Source: a virus
Length of the DNA: 43,730 bases
Virus genome (UHGV): UHGV-1360180
Strand: one strand, 5' to 3'
Shown: positions 17,747 through 26,757 of the stretch, in pieces
Position numbering within the stretch: position 1 is the first letter of the stretch
Layout: every line of letters begins with the position of its first letter
The notes under the pieces: model-generated
What the model was told of the DNA's origin: nothing
What the model saw: the letters and a program-made list of their open reading frames with translations, nothing else
Database searches by the model: none
Made by a program: the position numbers and the translations under genes

Positions 17747-18877
17747 ATGGCCCAGAAGAAAATAACCGACGAACAGTTACAGGAAGAATTGAACGCCGGT
17801 ATGAAGAATATAGATATAGCTAGTAAATACGGCATCTCAGACCGCGTTATTCGTATTCGTAAGGCGAAGCTGGCTAAGAAAGGGGTCGGTCACGGGCGAG
17901 ACGTTAGTCACCTTGTGCCGGACGGCTACAAGATTAAAGGGACGTCGTCCCTGGTGGACGAGTTTGGCAACACTAAGTTGCAATGGGTTAAGACTGACAC
18001 TGACGCCGAACGTCAGGTCGAGTTGATGAAAGCCGTAATTGAGGGCATGAAGTCGGAGATTACGCCGGTCGCCCCTGTTAAAGCCGTTCGCGCCAAACGC
18101 GACGACAAACTACTCAATCTTTACACGGTATCTGATTTCCATCTCGGTATGCTGGCCTGGGCCGACGAGAGCGGCGACGACTGGGACATGAAGATTGCGG
18201 AAGACCTGTTCTCCCGTTGGTTCGATGCTGCATTTCAGAAAGCACCGGATGCGGGCACGGGCGTTATTAACCTGCTTGGCGACCTTGCGCACTTCGATAG
18301 CCTGGATGCGGTTACGCCAGCGAGTGGCCATGTTCTTGATGCGGACACGCGCTATCAGAAACTGGTCCGCTACATGATTCGCATGGTCCGCCGTGTTATT
18401 GATATGGCGCTGGTTAAGCATAAAAATGTTCGCTTGCTTATCGTGCAAGGTAACCACGACGAGAGTGGCATGATTTGGTTGGCTGAGATGTTCAGTACGC
18501 TGTACGACAATGAGCCGCGTGTGTTCGTCGATACGTCGCCGGATGTTTACAAGATGGTGCAACACGGCAAAACGACGCTGTTCTTTCATCACGGGCACAA
18601 GGCACGATTCGACGCTATCGAACCGGTTATGATCGCCAAGTTCCGTAAAGCCTTCGGCGAGAGTGTTTACAGCTACGCCCACGTAGGCCACCTGCACCAC
18701 CAAAAGATTGTAGAGAGCCGTAATATGGTTGTTGAGCAACACCGCACCTTAGCGGCTAAAGACGCCTACGCCTCTCGCGGCGGATGGATGTCAGGCCGTA
18801 GTGCAAATGTAATTACTTATAGCGCCGAATATGGTGAGGTCGCTCGTTTAACTATTTCACCGGAGATGCTGGGATGA
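17747..18877 (+). CDS. Metallophosphoesterase (SbcD/Mre11-like calcineurin-fold) with N-terminal HTH-like domain
   Basis: 376 aa; motifs VSDFHLG, GDLAHFD, GNHD, HHGH, GHLHH; N-terminal ~45 aa HTH-like (NIDIASKYGISDRVIRIRKAK). Confidence 0.6.
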   Translation: MAQKKITDEQLQEELNAGMKNIDIASKYGISDRVIRIRKAKLAKKGVGHGRDVSHLVPDGYKIKGTSSLVDEFGNTKLQWVKTDTDAERQVELMKAVIEGMKSEITPVAPVKAVRAKRDDKLLNLYTVSDFHLGMLAWADESGDDWDMKIAEDLFSRWFDAAFQKAPDAGTGVINLLGDLAHFDSLDAVTPASGHVLDADTRYQKLVRYMIRMVRRVIDMALVKHKNVRLLIVQGNHDESGMIWLAEMFSTLYDNEPRVFVDTSPDVYKMVQHGKTTLFFHHGHKARFDAIEPVMIAKFRKAFGESVYSYAHVGHLHHQKIVESRNMVVEQHRTLAAKDAYASRGGWMSGRSANVITYSAEYGEVARLTISPEMLG

Positions 18878-19104
18878 CTTCAAAATACAACCGAACAATG
18901 ACAAACACTCACGGCAGCACTATGACAGTAGACGTCTACGATGTGCTGCGCGCCTTCGATATCCGGGACCCGGCGTTACAGCACGCATTGAAGAAGCTAT
19001 TGTGCATGGGCTTGCGAGGCCACAAAGACACCGGAACAGACTTAGCGGAAGCAATCGAAAGTCTCGAGAAGTTACGGGAATACCGAAGTAACATTGACGA
19101 GTAA
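18874..19104 (+). CDS. Hypothetical protein
   Basis: 76 aa, ATGA-coupled to upstream gene. Confidence 0.4.
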   Translation: MTSKYNRTMTNTHGSTMTVDVYDVLRAFDIRDPALQHALKKLLCMGLRGHKDTGTDLAEAIESLEKLREYRSNIDE

Positions 19105-19109
19105 GAAAA

Positions 19110-19125
19110 GGCCCCGAAAGGGGCC
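19110..19125. terminator. Bidirectional terminator
   Basis: GGCCCC-GAAA-GGGGCC hairpin between convergent genes. Confidence 0.55.
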
Positions 19126-19131
19126 TTAGTT

Positions 19132-20304
19132 TTAGGCGTAGGTGATTCGTTGAATTACGATAGACGACTGGTACTGGTTGCCTGTGGACTGCCCTTCTAT
19201 ACTTTGGGTAATTGATTCCGGGCCAGATATTTCTGGCGTAACCGCCGTGAGTTCTGCGCGTTTCAGACTGAAAGACATAGCCCCGTTTACCCCCGCCAGA
19301 ATAGAGTTAATCTCTACCTGCTGTTCGTTGATAAACTTCTGAATCATCGCCATGTCGTACAGCTTGCCGGAGATGGAGAAGGTGTTGGCTGCACGGCCAC
19401 GTTCCACGAACGCAACGCTACTGTTGCCGAGTTCGAACTGTGCGGACGCGCCGTTGTCGTTGGTGATGGTCAGAGTATCGCAACGCAACGGCGTAGAGCC
19501 GTCAAACACAGACACATCTACAGACGAGAATGGCTCATCAGTAAACGTCACCTGCGAGAAGTCAGAACCTGCTGGCGGTGCAGAAAGAATCTCCTGACTC
19601 AGACCGATGAACGGGAAGCTACCAGTTACCATAGCGTTGACGGCCTGCTCGATGGTGAAACCGGAGATTTCCACGCCCTTAGTCAACATGTACGCGTCAG
19701 GGTTCCCGCACTGTCCTTTGAACCATGTCAGGATGGAGAACGTCTTACATGCGTTACCAGTTTCCAGCTTGTCGCCAGTTTTAGCGTCAGTGACTACAGT
19801 CTCTGCTGTCAGCGTGTGCTGAATGCCAGCACCCGTAACTACAAGAGCAGAAACCTCGGTCACGATAAACGGTTTTGCGTTGTCGCTGGTTAAGTCGGTG
19901 AACGCAATCAGGTCGCCAACTTCTACACCGTCAGTAATAAAGCTACCGGCAGCGCGGGTAAATGTTTTACCTGCTGGGGCAACCGTAATTTCAGCACCCG
20001 TAATCTCTACCCCAGCTTGCCACGTAGAAGTCATAGCACCTGCAAGGAAATCATCCTGGCTACGCGAGCTAAGTTCGATGGCATATTCCCCGCTAACCTG
20101 CTTGTTGCCGGTGCGGATTGATGTGGTTTCACGGCTCCCATCGAGTTCGTTGGAAGTCAGCGCATCGCGGGTTACGGCAGGAACGCCACCAGTGTTACGC
20201 AACGGAGACCATACCGGGTTACTTGGTGTTACGCCCGGGGTCACTTCCGCCACATAGAATTGCGCGGTATTCGCGCCCTTAAAAGGAGTTGTAGCCATAT
20301 TCAC
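19132..20304 (-). CDS. Major tail protein (putative)
   Basis: 390 aa; last gene before chaperone/tape measure genes, followed by strong terminator. Confidence 0.45.
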   Translation of the reverse strand: MNMATTPFKGANTAQFYVAEVTPGVTPSNPVWSPLRNTGGVPAVTRDALTSNELDGSRETTSIRTGNKQVSGEYAIELSSRSQDDFLAGAMTSTWQAGVEITGAEITVAPAGKTFTRAAGSFITDGVEVGDLIAFTDLTSDNAKPFIVTEVSALVVTGAGIQHTLTAETVVTDAKTGDKLETGNACKTFSILTWFKGQCGNPDAYMLTKGVEISGFTIEQAVNAMVTGSFPFIGLSQEILSAPPAGSDFSQVTFTDEPFSSVDVSVFDGSTPLRCDTLTITNDNGASAQFELGNSSVAFVERGRAANTFSISGKLYDMAMIQKFINEQQVEINSILAGVNGAMSFSLKRAELTAVTPEISGPESITQSIEGQSTGNQYQSSIVIQRITYA

Positions 20305-20717
20305 AGCCTCTTGGTGAATGCAATAAAGTTAATTGACAATGGTCTTTTGGCCCATCCGTTTTCTACAATCAGCGGCCCCAGGCTAACCGATTGAACCTCG
20401 GCGCAGATGTCGTTACGTGAAAATGACTTACCTGCTTTAAACGCCGTGTTAAGTAAGTCTGCCATTTTATTGATTGGCGCGCTACCTTTCACCGATGCGT
20501 AGTTAATATCTACCTGATAGACGCCCGCACGTTGTTCCGTGAAGAACAAATCCGCCTGTTCCGTATCCGCTAGTAACATGTAACTCGCCAGATATGGCGT
20601 ATCGGTTGACGTCGGCGCGTCGATGTTTTCAAGCGCTACCTTGATGCCGTTGGCGGTTCCGAAGGCTACCAGCGGCACGTCGAACGCTTTGGTTAAGTCC
20701 TCAAAGTAGCCCATCAT
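20301..20717 (-). CDS. Tail completion/terminator protein (putative)
   Basis: 138 aa; synteny between head-tail genes and major tail protein. Confidence 0.35.
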   Translation of the reverse strand: MMGYFEDLTKAFDVPLVAFGTANGIKVALENIDAPTSTDTPYLASYMLLADTEQADLFFTEQRAGVYQVDINYASVKGSAPINKMADLLNTAFKAGKSFSRNDICAEVQSVSLGPLIVENGWAKRPLSINFIAFTKRL

Positions 20718-21109
20718 TTCACCTTGTTGGCTTCTTCGTTAATGAGTTGCTGGAAGCGGGACACGTTAGTCCTGACCATCCCGGCGGGGGCCTGTTGCGA
20801 CCAGCCATACTCCAGTCGTTGTGCATACGGCAGATTATTTGTCAGCGTGAACTCGTGCCAGTCAGCGGCTTTCAGTACGAAACTTGTAGCGTTTCCGGTT
20901 GCCGTGTTTCCTGATTTATCCGTAGCGTCCGTAATCCCGGAAGCAGGAATACCGCCAGATGCCATCCAGTTCATACGAAAGCGGCCTGTATCTACCGGAC
21001 TCGCCTTTATGATAGCGGAAAACAGCTTTATAGACACCTGACGCATCACCTTCTCAGGGTTCTTCTTCGCCTTTTCCACGAACTTAGAGACATCGAGCGC
21101 GAAACTCAT
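20714..21109 (-). CDS. Head-tail joining protein (putative)
   Basis: 131 aa; synteny; overlapping start/stop with neighbours. Confidence 0.35.
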   Translation of the reverse strand: MSFALDVSKFVEKAKKNPEKVMRQVSIKLFSAIIKASPVDTGRFRMNWMASGGIPASGITDATDKSGNTATGNATSFVLKAADWHEFTLTNNLPYAQRLEYGWSQQAPAGMVRTNVSRFQQLINEEANKVK

Positions 21110-21465
21110 TTTCTCACCTGAATAAAGTATGCCACGACATCATCGTTAACCATCTTCTTCTCGATGGCCACGACAGACCATTGTTCGCCGCCGAATTGTA
21201 CCTTGTCTTCCATCTTTGGAACGACGCTGCAATCCGCTTTGACAATCATGTCGCCAGCCTGAATCGTCGTACCGTTTACCAGTCCCGCGTTCACCGGAAC
21301 TGGAACGGCCTTCAACGGCAACACTTCATCGTCTGTCCAGACGTACTCACCGAGAACTTCATCCCACACTTTCGAGCCAGCACGAACCAGAGATACCGTG
21401 CTACCGAATTTGGTTAGCAGGCGTGTGCCAACGCCTTGCATACGTTTACTGAAAGCGGTGCTCAT
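21106..21465 (-). CDS. Head-tail joining protein (putative)
   Basis: 119 aa; synteny. Confidence 0.35.
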   Translation of the reverse strand: MSTAFSKRMQGVGTRLLTKFGSTVSLVRAGSKVWDEVLGEYVWTDDEVLPLKAVPVPVNAGLVNGTTIQAGDMIVKADCSVVPKMEDKVQFGGEQWSVVAIEKKMVNDDVVAYFIQVRK

Positions 21466-21857
21466 AAGTCAAACCCCGTATTAGGTATATCCTCATCCGA
21501 CCTAATAATATACTGACGATAGTCCTCGCTTTTAGTTTTCTTATGCACCAGGTTGCCGACGTTATTTGTCTCAAACTCTCCTATGGGTAAGTAGTCCCGG
21601 GTGAACACATTGTGCCACTTCCCGTACTCTGTAGTGGAGCCGTCGCGGTATTTCACTGGGCCGCAAGCGCTACATAACCTCATACCCCTCCTTTCAGGGG
21701 CATATCCCCAGTCGTAGAGCTTCTCAAAAAATCCGATGAACCCTTGCGAAGCGAGCGCAGTATTTTCTACACACCCGCAATTATCGCACTGAAATAAGCT
21801 CATTACGCGGCCTCCAGTCTCGAAATAACCAGTAATGCGGATGGTGCTGTACCCCAT
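21462..21857 (-). CDS. Cys-rich hypothetical protein (possible zinc ribbon)
   Basis: CDNCGC ... CSAC pattern; real start probably internal Met (MSLFQ). Confidence 0.3.
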   Translation of the reverse strand: MGYSTIRITGYFETGGRVMSLFQCDNCGCVENTALASQGFIGFFEKLYDWGYAPERRGMRLCSACGPVKYRDGSTTEYGKWHNVFTRDYLPIGEFETNNVGNLVHKKTKSEDYRQYIIRSDEDIPNTGFDL

Positions 21858-22417
21858 GCGGTTACGGTGGCCGCTTGTGGGTACACGCCGCCGAAGTTAC
21901 TCCCAGCGCTATCTCGCATAATCTGAACGGCAAACGTCCGGCCCGCGGTCGGGTTAATAACAACGCGGGACTCAATCGGAATCGTTACGTCGGCGCTTAC
22001 CAGCTTAGTTGCTGCGGGGGATCCGTACTGAGCGCCGTTAATGAGGATACGCGACAACAGGATAGATGTACCGCTCGCCCCTGTGCGGCCAGCCTGTAAC
22101 TTGATTCGAACGGCATAGTTACCCGCGGTGTTGAACGTAACCAGCCCCGCAGCATTAATCATTACCGGGTCGGATGCGCTGCCCTGAGCAGAGCCGAAAG
22201 ATAACTGCAACGCCGTATCTACTGCGGTAGGCGCTTGTGCTACGGTCGATGCAGCGCGGAGAACTTCAACCTCTTTAACACCTGGAGTGGCGTAAATAGG
22301 TGAGTCAGCCATCTGCGTCATTACCTCGCGCAATGCGGCTGGGGTAATAAGTCCGGTGGTGTTATCGGGGAGGTTAGTGCCGATAAGAGTAAACATCTCT
22401 GACTTAGTCTTCGCCAT
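21803..22417 (-). CDS. Structural protein, function unknown
   Basis: 204 aa, Ala/Thr/Gly-rich. Confidence 0.35.
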   Translation of the reverse strand: MAKTKSEMFTLIGTNLPDNTTGLITPAALREVMTQMADSPIYATPGVKEVEVLRAASTVAQAPTAVDTALQLSFGSAQGSASDPVMINAAGLVTFNTAGNYAVRIKLQAGRTGASGTSILLSRILINGAQYGSPAATKLVSADVTIPIESRVVINPTAGRTFAVQIMRDSAGSNFGGVYPQAATVTAWGTAPSALLVISRLEAA

Positions 22418-22419
22418 TT

Positions 22420-22932
22420 TTAACCCCGGTACACGTTAAAGGAGAACCCATTATTAAGACCGCCGCACAGTAACGGGCGTAAGGCATCGTCAGCAGCGGT
22501 AATCGCGGTTGTAGCCCCACTGCTGCCGTTGTTGAAGTAGGTCACTGTAACCGCACCCTCGACACGCTCAGTCTGCACAGAGCGACCGTCAGAGTTAGCA
22601 CGTACCCCAATTCCCGCGCCATACGTAACCGCGGCGATTACCTGCGCAAGAATCACCTGCTTCGGGATGGCGTTGTCAGCTACGGGGAACCCGTTTAGCG
22701 TTACACCAGTGCGAGGATAAGCCAGAGACTGTTCAGCAGATACGCGACGACCGCACATCTGCGGCTCAGCAAGCCCGACATAAGTAGCACCGTTGCGCAG
22801 AGCTACTTCGGCGGCGGCATCGTCCGCTGGTAGCTCGAGACCGTAATTAGCCGCTAACGCGCGGGCGTCAGCCAGACTAACGTAACTGTCGGCATTCGGG
22901 ACTATCGACCCGTCTTCCACGATTAGCGGCAT
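22420..22932 (-). CDS. Head-tail connector/adaptor (putative)
   Basis: 170 aa; position downstream of capsid genes. Confidence 0.35.
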   Translation of the reverse strand: MPLIVEDGSIVPNADSYVSLADARALAANYGLELPADDAAAEVALRNGATYVGLAEPQMCGRRVSAEQSLAYPRTGVTLNGFPVADNAIPKQVILAQVIAAVTYGAGIGVRANSDGRSVQTERVEGAVTVTYFNNGSSGATTAITAADDALRPLLCGGLNNGFSFNVYRG

Positions 22933-22936
22933 AAAT

Positions 22937-23116
22937 TATTCCTCTGATTTACGGCGACGACGCTTAGTACCACCGCCGTTGTTGTGCGCTTCTTCGTTGT
23001 CCGGTTGTGTCGTCACCAGTTCATCCGCGGCTACAACACCGCGAACGGGCATCACCTGACCGTCAACAACGTCAACGTGGGTGTACTTTTCGCGGATTAC
23101 ATAATTATCTGCCATG
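22937..23116 (-). CDS. Small hypothetical protein
   Basis: 59 aa by manual translation (MADNYVIREKY...), basic C-terminus. Confidence 0.25.
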
Positions 23117-23151
23117 ACCTTTCCTTATTACGGCCCCGAAGGGCCGTTGCA

Positions 23152-23502
23152 TTAAGACACAGTTGCTACAGTGCTGCTGGAGATAATATTACCATACACA
23201 TCGTGAACAACCACTTTATACGTGCCTGAATCTGCGGTCGTAGTAGACGCCTTCGCGTAGGTAGCCGCGGTAGCGCCTGGTATAGCGTTGTTATCCTTGT
23301 ACCACTGGTAGGTGTACGGCACCAGACCACCGGTAACAACTACGGTCAGTGTCATAGTCTGCCCGGCTGTAACTGCTGTGGTAGCGTTCAGTGCGGTAGA
23401 AAAAGATGCTGGCGAGATGTTTGCCATGTCGATTTCTACCTGGCCATCAGCCGGGGAGTCGTCAGAGACACCAGTAATGCGACGTTTGATTACATCAACC
23501 AT
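23152..23502 (-). CDS. Ig-like domain protein (possible head decoration)
   Basis: 116 aa; beta-rich Thr/Val-rich sequence with YQWYKDN...GTYKVVV pattern typical of Ig-like domains. Confidence 0.4.
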   Translation of the reverse strand: MVDVIKRRITGVSDDSPADGQVEIDMANISPASFSTALNATTAVTAGQTMTLTVVVTGGLVPYTYQWYKDNNAIPGATAATYAKASTTTADSGTYKVVVHDVYGNIISSSTVATVS

Positions 23503-23514
23503 TTTTAAGCTCCT

Positions 23515-23814
23515 TTAGCTTACGGTTCCTGCGTTTTTAAGCGCAGTCAACAGATTTGCTACGGTAGTGCGCAGCGCAGTAACATCGGTTCGGAGTTTGT
23601 TGTACTCCGCTACAAGGGCATCGAACTCAGCTTTAGTCGGTTCCGCAGCGGACTGCGCCCCGGCGGCAGCGGTAATGGCCGCGGGTGCGGCTACAGTAGC
23701 TGACTTTTTAACCCCACCAACTACGCTGGTAGTAGCAGGCGTTACAGGGATATCAAGGTCACCGAAGTCAACATTCTGAAGGCTGCGCGGCAAGCCTTTT
23801 CCGGTCTTAGCCAT
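23515..23814 (-). CDS. Hypothetical protein downstream of capsid gene
   Basis: 99 aa, Ala/Thr-rich. Confidence 0.35.
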   Translation of the reverse strand: MAKTGKGLPRSLQNVDFGDLDIPVTPATTSVVGGVKKSATVAAPAAITAAAGAQSAAEPTKAEFDALVAEYNKLRTDVTALRTTVANLLTALKNAGTVS

Positions 23815-23829
23815 AATTTACCTCTTAGT

Positions 23830-23857
23830 AAATGAAAAGAGGGACCGAAGTCCCTCT
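23830..23857 (-). terminator. Rho-independent terminator after major capsid gene
   Basis: 8-bp stem AGAGGGAC-CGAA-GTCCCTCT; on minus strand followed by TTTTCATTT. Confidence 0.55.
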
Positions 23858-23873
23858 CGATTATAGCTTAACC

Positions 23874-24923
23874 TTAAGCACCGACACCAGTTACCAGGAA
23901 GGCAATCGGTACGTGCTTACGCTCAACCACACGGTTCCAGTTGGAGGCGTTCGCCAGGTCCTGCCATGAAGCAGAGCGAGCGATAGTCTCGGTGCCGTTG
24001 CCGGTGATTACCGCGCTGGTAAAGCTGTAACCAAACGGATGCAGCAACCAGGTCTTACGGGTCCACAGGGTTTCAACGCCGCCGCCGTTGCCGCGAGACT
24101 CTTCGCGCTCATAGCCCAGCGGCTTGGTTGGGTTGCCTTCTCCGTAGCCGATAGCGCCGTTGCCAAAGATGATGGAGATGAACTTACGGCTCGTACCGGT
24201 GCCGACTACGGTCATGCTGTCGTCAACAATCACACGGTAGCCCTGGTAGGTGGCGAACTCGGTGTTGTTGTCGGCGTCGCGGATGAAGTCGATAAGCTGC
24301 TGCTTACGGGCCTGCGCATAAACGAAGCTGTGCATCGCGATAGCGCCCAGCACCTCGCCGCCGTTACCAATCAGAGCATCACCCATAGTCTGGGTTGCAT
24401 CGATGAACGCGCCGGAGTCGAAGCCCAGAGTCGCGGACACGTCTACAACCATGTCGTTCTGCTCGTGGTACGCATCGGTCGCAGCTACGTTGTCGTTGTA
24501 CAGGCCGAGCGCGGTAGCAATCAGACGGCGCTGCGCCTGACGCTGCCAGAAGTTATCCAGACGAGATGCTACGGATTGCAGCGGGTTCTGGCTGGTCAGT
24601 TCAACGGTCAAATCCGCCTGTCCAAAACCTTCGTTCAGATAAGCAACGCGGGCCATCATCTCACCGGTCTGCACGTTACGCGGGGTAGCGATGTCCTGAT
24701 ATACGTCGTTCGAGTAGTTAGGCTCGATAGACGTATCGATCGCTTTCCAGAAAGGAATATTAGCGATGTTGGACGAGCCGCGGGCAATCTCGGCAGCGTA
24801 CGGGGTCGGGGTCAGAATACCGGACTGGAAGAACGCGGTTTTTTCTACCGGGTCCTCTGTCATATAAGACGCCAGGACCGGGATGTTGCCAGTTACGATA
24901 TCGCCGATAGTGGTAATTGCCAT
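23874..24923 (-). CDS. Major capsid protein
   Basis: 349 aa; follows scaffold-like gene and precedes strong terminator. Confidence 0.6.
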   Translation of the reverse strand: MAITTIGDIVTGNIPVLASYMTEDPVEKTAFFQSGILTPTPYAAEIARGSSNIANIPFWKAIDTSIEPNYSNDVYQDIATPRNVQTGEMMARVAYLNEGFGQADLTVELTSQNPLQSVASRLDNFWQRQAQRRLIATALGLYNDNVAATDAYHEQNDMVVDVSATLGFDSGAFIDATQTMGDALIGNGGEVLGAIAMHSFVYAQARKQQLIDFIRDADNNTEFATYQGYRVIVDDSMTVVGTGTSRKFISIIFGNGAIGYGEGNPTKPLGYEREESRGNGGGVETLWTRKTWLLHPFGYSFTSAVITGNGTETIARSASWQDLANASNWNRVVERKHVPIAFLVTGVGA

Positions 24924-24925
24924 TA

Positions 24926-25681
24926 TTATTTCCTCAGGGCTTTAAGTTGCCGTTCAAATTCGGCAGGGTTCGATTTATACAGAGCTAAACGCTCCGCTTC
25001 ACTCATGTCTTTAAACGCTGGTGCGGCCCCGCCGCCTTTGCTACCGGAAGCCCCGCCGCCGGAAGCTGCATTTGCTTTAATCAAATGCGAAAACGCTTTA
25101 TGTTCGCGCAAGTATTTGCGGAACTGTTCCGGGTCAGTCGTGATTACGTTGCCGTCTGCGCCGACAAACTTAGTAACCACATCATCACCTTCGAACTCAG
25201 TCTTAACGAACGGTGCAAGAATGTCTACTGCTTCCGGGGTAATAAAATCACCAGCGAAAGAGCCTAACACCGCTTTACGTTCGCTGCCGAGGATGCGCTC
25301 TGCCATTCTGGAGATGCGACCATCTTTCTCGGCTAACACCGGGTCATACTGGCTACGAATCGTTTTTTCGAACTCGTCCATCTTGCCGGCGGCTTTTAAC
25401 GCCTCCTGGTGCGCACGCTGCCGTTCTTCTTCGGCCTCTTTTGCTTTGCGAGCGGCTTCTTTCTTCTCCGCCAGCAATGCTTCCTGATTGGCCTTAAGCC
25501 CGGCAACCTCTTTCTCAATCAGCGCCTGAACTTCTTCGGCTGTGAACATTTTCGGCGCGTCACCGCCACCAGATTTATCTTCTGCCCCAGCTTCTTCCTG
25601 GAACGGATAACGTAAAAAACGATTCATAGTCAGTATGTCCCCTGGACGTTGGAACCCGGGCCACCCGGATTTACATGTCAA
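24926..25681 (-). CDS. Scaffolding protein
   Basis: Charged, Ala/Glu/Lys-rich coiled-coil sequence (EAARKAKEAEEERQRAHQEALKAAG); immediately upstream of capsid gene. Confidence 0.55.
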   Translation of the reverse strand: MTCKSGWPGFQRPGDILTMNRFLRYPFQEEAGAEDKSGGGDAPKMFTAEEVQALIEKEVAGLKANQEALLAEKKEAARKAKEAEEERQRAHQEALKAAGKMDEFEKTIRSQYDPVLAEKDGRISRMAERILGSERKAVLGSFAGDFITPEAVDILAPFVKTEFEGDDVVTKFVGADGNVITTDPEQFRKYLREHKAFSHLIKANAASGGGASGSKGGGAAPAFKDMSEAERLALYKSNPAEFERQLKALRK

Positions 25682-25709
25682 GAATAAATTATTCCAACAT
25701 GCAAGGCAA

Positions 25710-25973
25710 CTATTCCAGAATATTCCTCACGTAATCCTGCAGCATGAACACTTTCAGTCTCAGTTGCCGTACACATTCGGCGTTCTGGACGTCGATAGCT
25801 AAATCCTCGTCAGCGTCACTACTTGGTGGTGCCAGTTTGCACGGCGGCTGCATCATCGTCGTATCCGGGGATGGAATTGGCGTTTGCGACGGCGCGGGAC
25901 TTGAGCATGACGCGAGCATCATCGAAAGTGCACACGCTGCGACCAGGCGTTTTAATGTATTTAACGACTTCAC
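25710..25973 (-). CDS. o-spanin (Rz1-like outer-membrane lipoprotein)
   Basis: Signal peptide with lipobox LASC, Pro-rich mature region; overlaps i-spanin gene in another frame. Confidence 0.55.
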   Translation of the reverse strand: MKSLNTLKRLVAACALSMMLASCSSPAPSQTPIPSPDTTMMQPPCKLAPPSSDADEDLAIDVQNAECVRQLRLKVFMLQDYVRNILE

Positions 25974-26205
25974 GGGTAATCACCTCTGATTTCGTCTTGC
26001 CTTCGTTGTCAGCGGCGGCGGCCTTAGATTCATCCTGCTGCTGCCGTTGTGTTTTCTTCGCTAACTCAGCCTGTGCTTTCTGCTGTTGCTGAGAAACGAG
26101 ATTCGCCCGGCCTTCGTTCCAGCCGATGCGGTATTGATAGTAGCCGTGTGCGTATAACAGGATGATGAAACATGCTCCTGCTACGACAGTTGCGTTAAGA
26201 TTCAT
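25819..26205 (-). CDS. i-spanin (Rz-like)
   Basis: N-terminal transmembrane anchor VVAGACFIILLY, Gln/Ala-rich coiled coil, overlapping lipoprotein ORF. Confidence 0.55.
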   Translation of the reverse strand: MNLNATVVAGACFIILLYAHGYYQYRIGWNEGRANLVSQQQQKAQAELAKKTQRQQQDESKAAAADNEGKTKSEVITREVVKYIKTPGRSVCTFDDARVMLKSRAVANANSIPGYDDDAAAVQTGTTK

Positions 26206-26524
26206 GTTTCTCCTTTCTCGATAAGTAAAGCCCCGCCATAAAGCGGGGCGCTAGGCCTTATCATTTAAACATAGAAACGGCGTAATCTCAGTAAACCAGT
26301 TACTTTTTACACAAGCAATAGAGTATGGCCATTCCGAACGCGTCAGCGTAACTACACTCAAGACTTACGTCCCGCTCCGTTACCTGCCCGCGCCGCGGTC
26401 GCTTGTTCATACTTCACAAGCTCAGGTGGAGCTTAGCACATTTTCAGTGAAAAGTCAACTATTCGAATAGTTTATTCTAACATTTACAATTCGGTGGAAT
26501 AACTGGAATAGGTTAATAAATAGT

Positions 26525-26557
26525 TTGCACACCCCAACATAATAGGGTACTATTCAC
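26525..26557 (+). promoter_or_regulatory. Conserved 33-bp promoter (TTGCAC-N17-TACTAT) with AATAGGGTACTATT palindrome
   Basis: TTGCACACCCCAACATAATAGGGTACTATTCAC; upstream of plus-strand island. Confidence 0.5.
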
Positions 26558-26594
26558 TTACACCAACAATGTTAACTTAAATGGGAGATGGAAA

Positions 26595-26756
26595 ATGAAA
26601 TTAGCAAAAAGAATTACCGTAAATACTAATTTAAGTTCGAAAAATGGGGACAAACGTAAGTTCCGCCGTAAAATGCGTCAGATTGTTAAACTTGACTACA
26701 TTTTCGAAGAAACGATTGCACTAGTGGCAAACGCTGCCCGTAACTGGGGGCGCTAA
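26595..26756 (+). CDS. Small basic protein (53 aa)
   Basis: Manual translation MKLAKRITVNTNLSSKNGDKRKFRRKMRQ...; RBS GGGAGATGG; first gene of island. Confidence 0.3.
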   Translation: MKLAKRITVNTNLSSKNGDKRKFRRKMRQIVKLDYIFEETIALVANAARNWGR

Positions 26757-26757
26757 T

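Noticed and set aside
24039-25487. 482-aa plus-strand ORF antisense to the major capsid and scaffold genes
   Set aside because: Low-complexity Ala/Arg/Ser/Gly-rich translation with no start context; a shadow ORF of GC-rich coding sequence on the opposite strand, which carries well-formed capsid and scaffold genes.
26206-26594. Possible tRNA or other structured RNA gene in the 390-bp spacer
   Set aside because: No cloverleaf could be built by eye and no GTTCNANNC T-loop or CCA-proximal acceptor stem; no tRNA is claimed.
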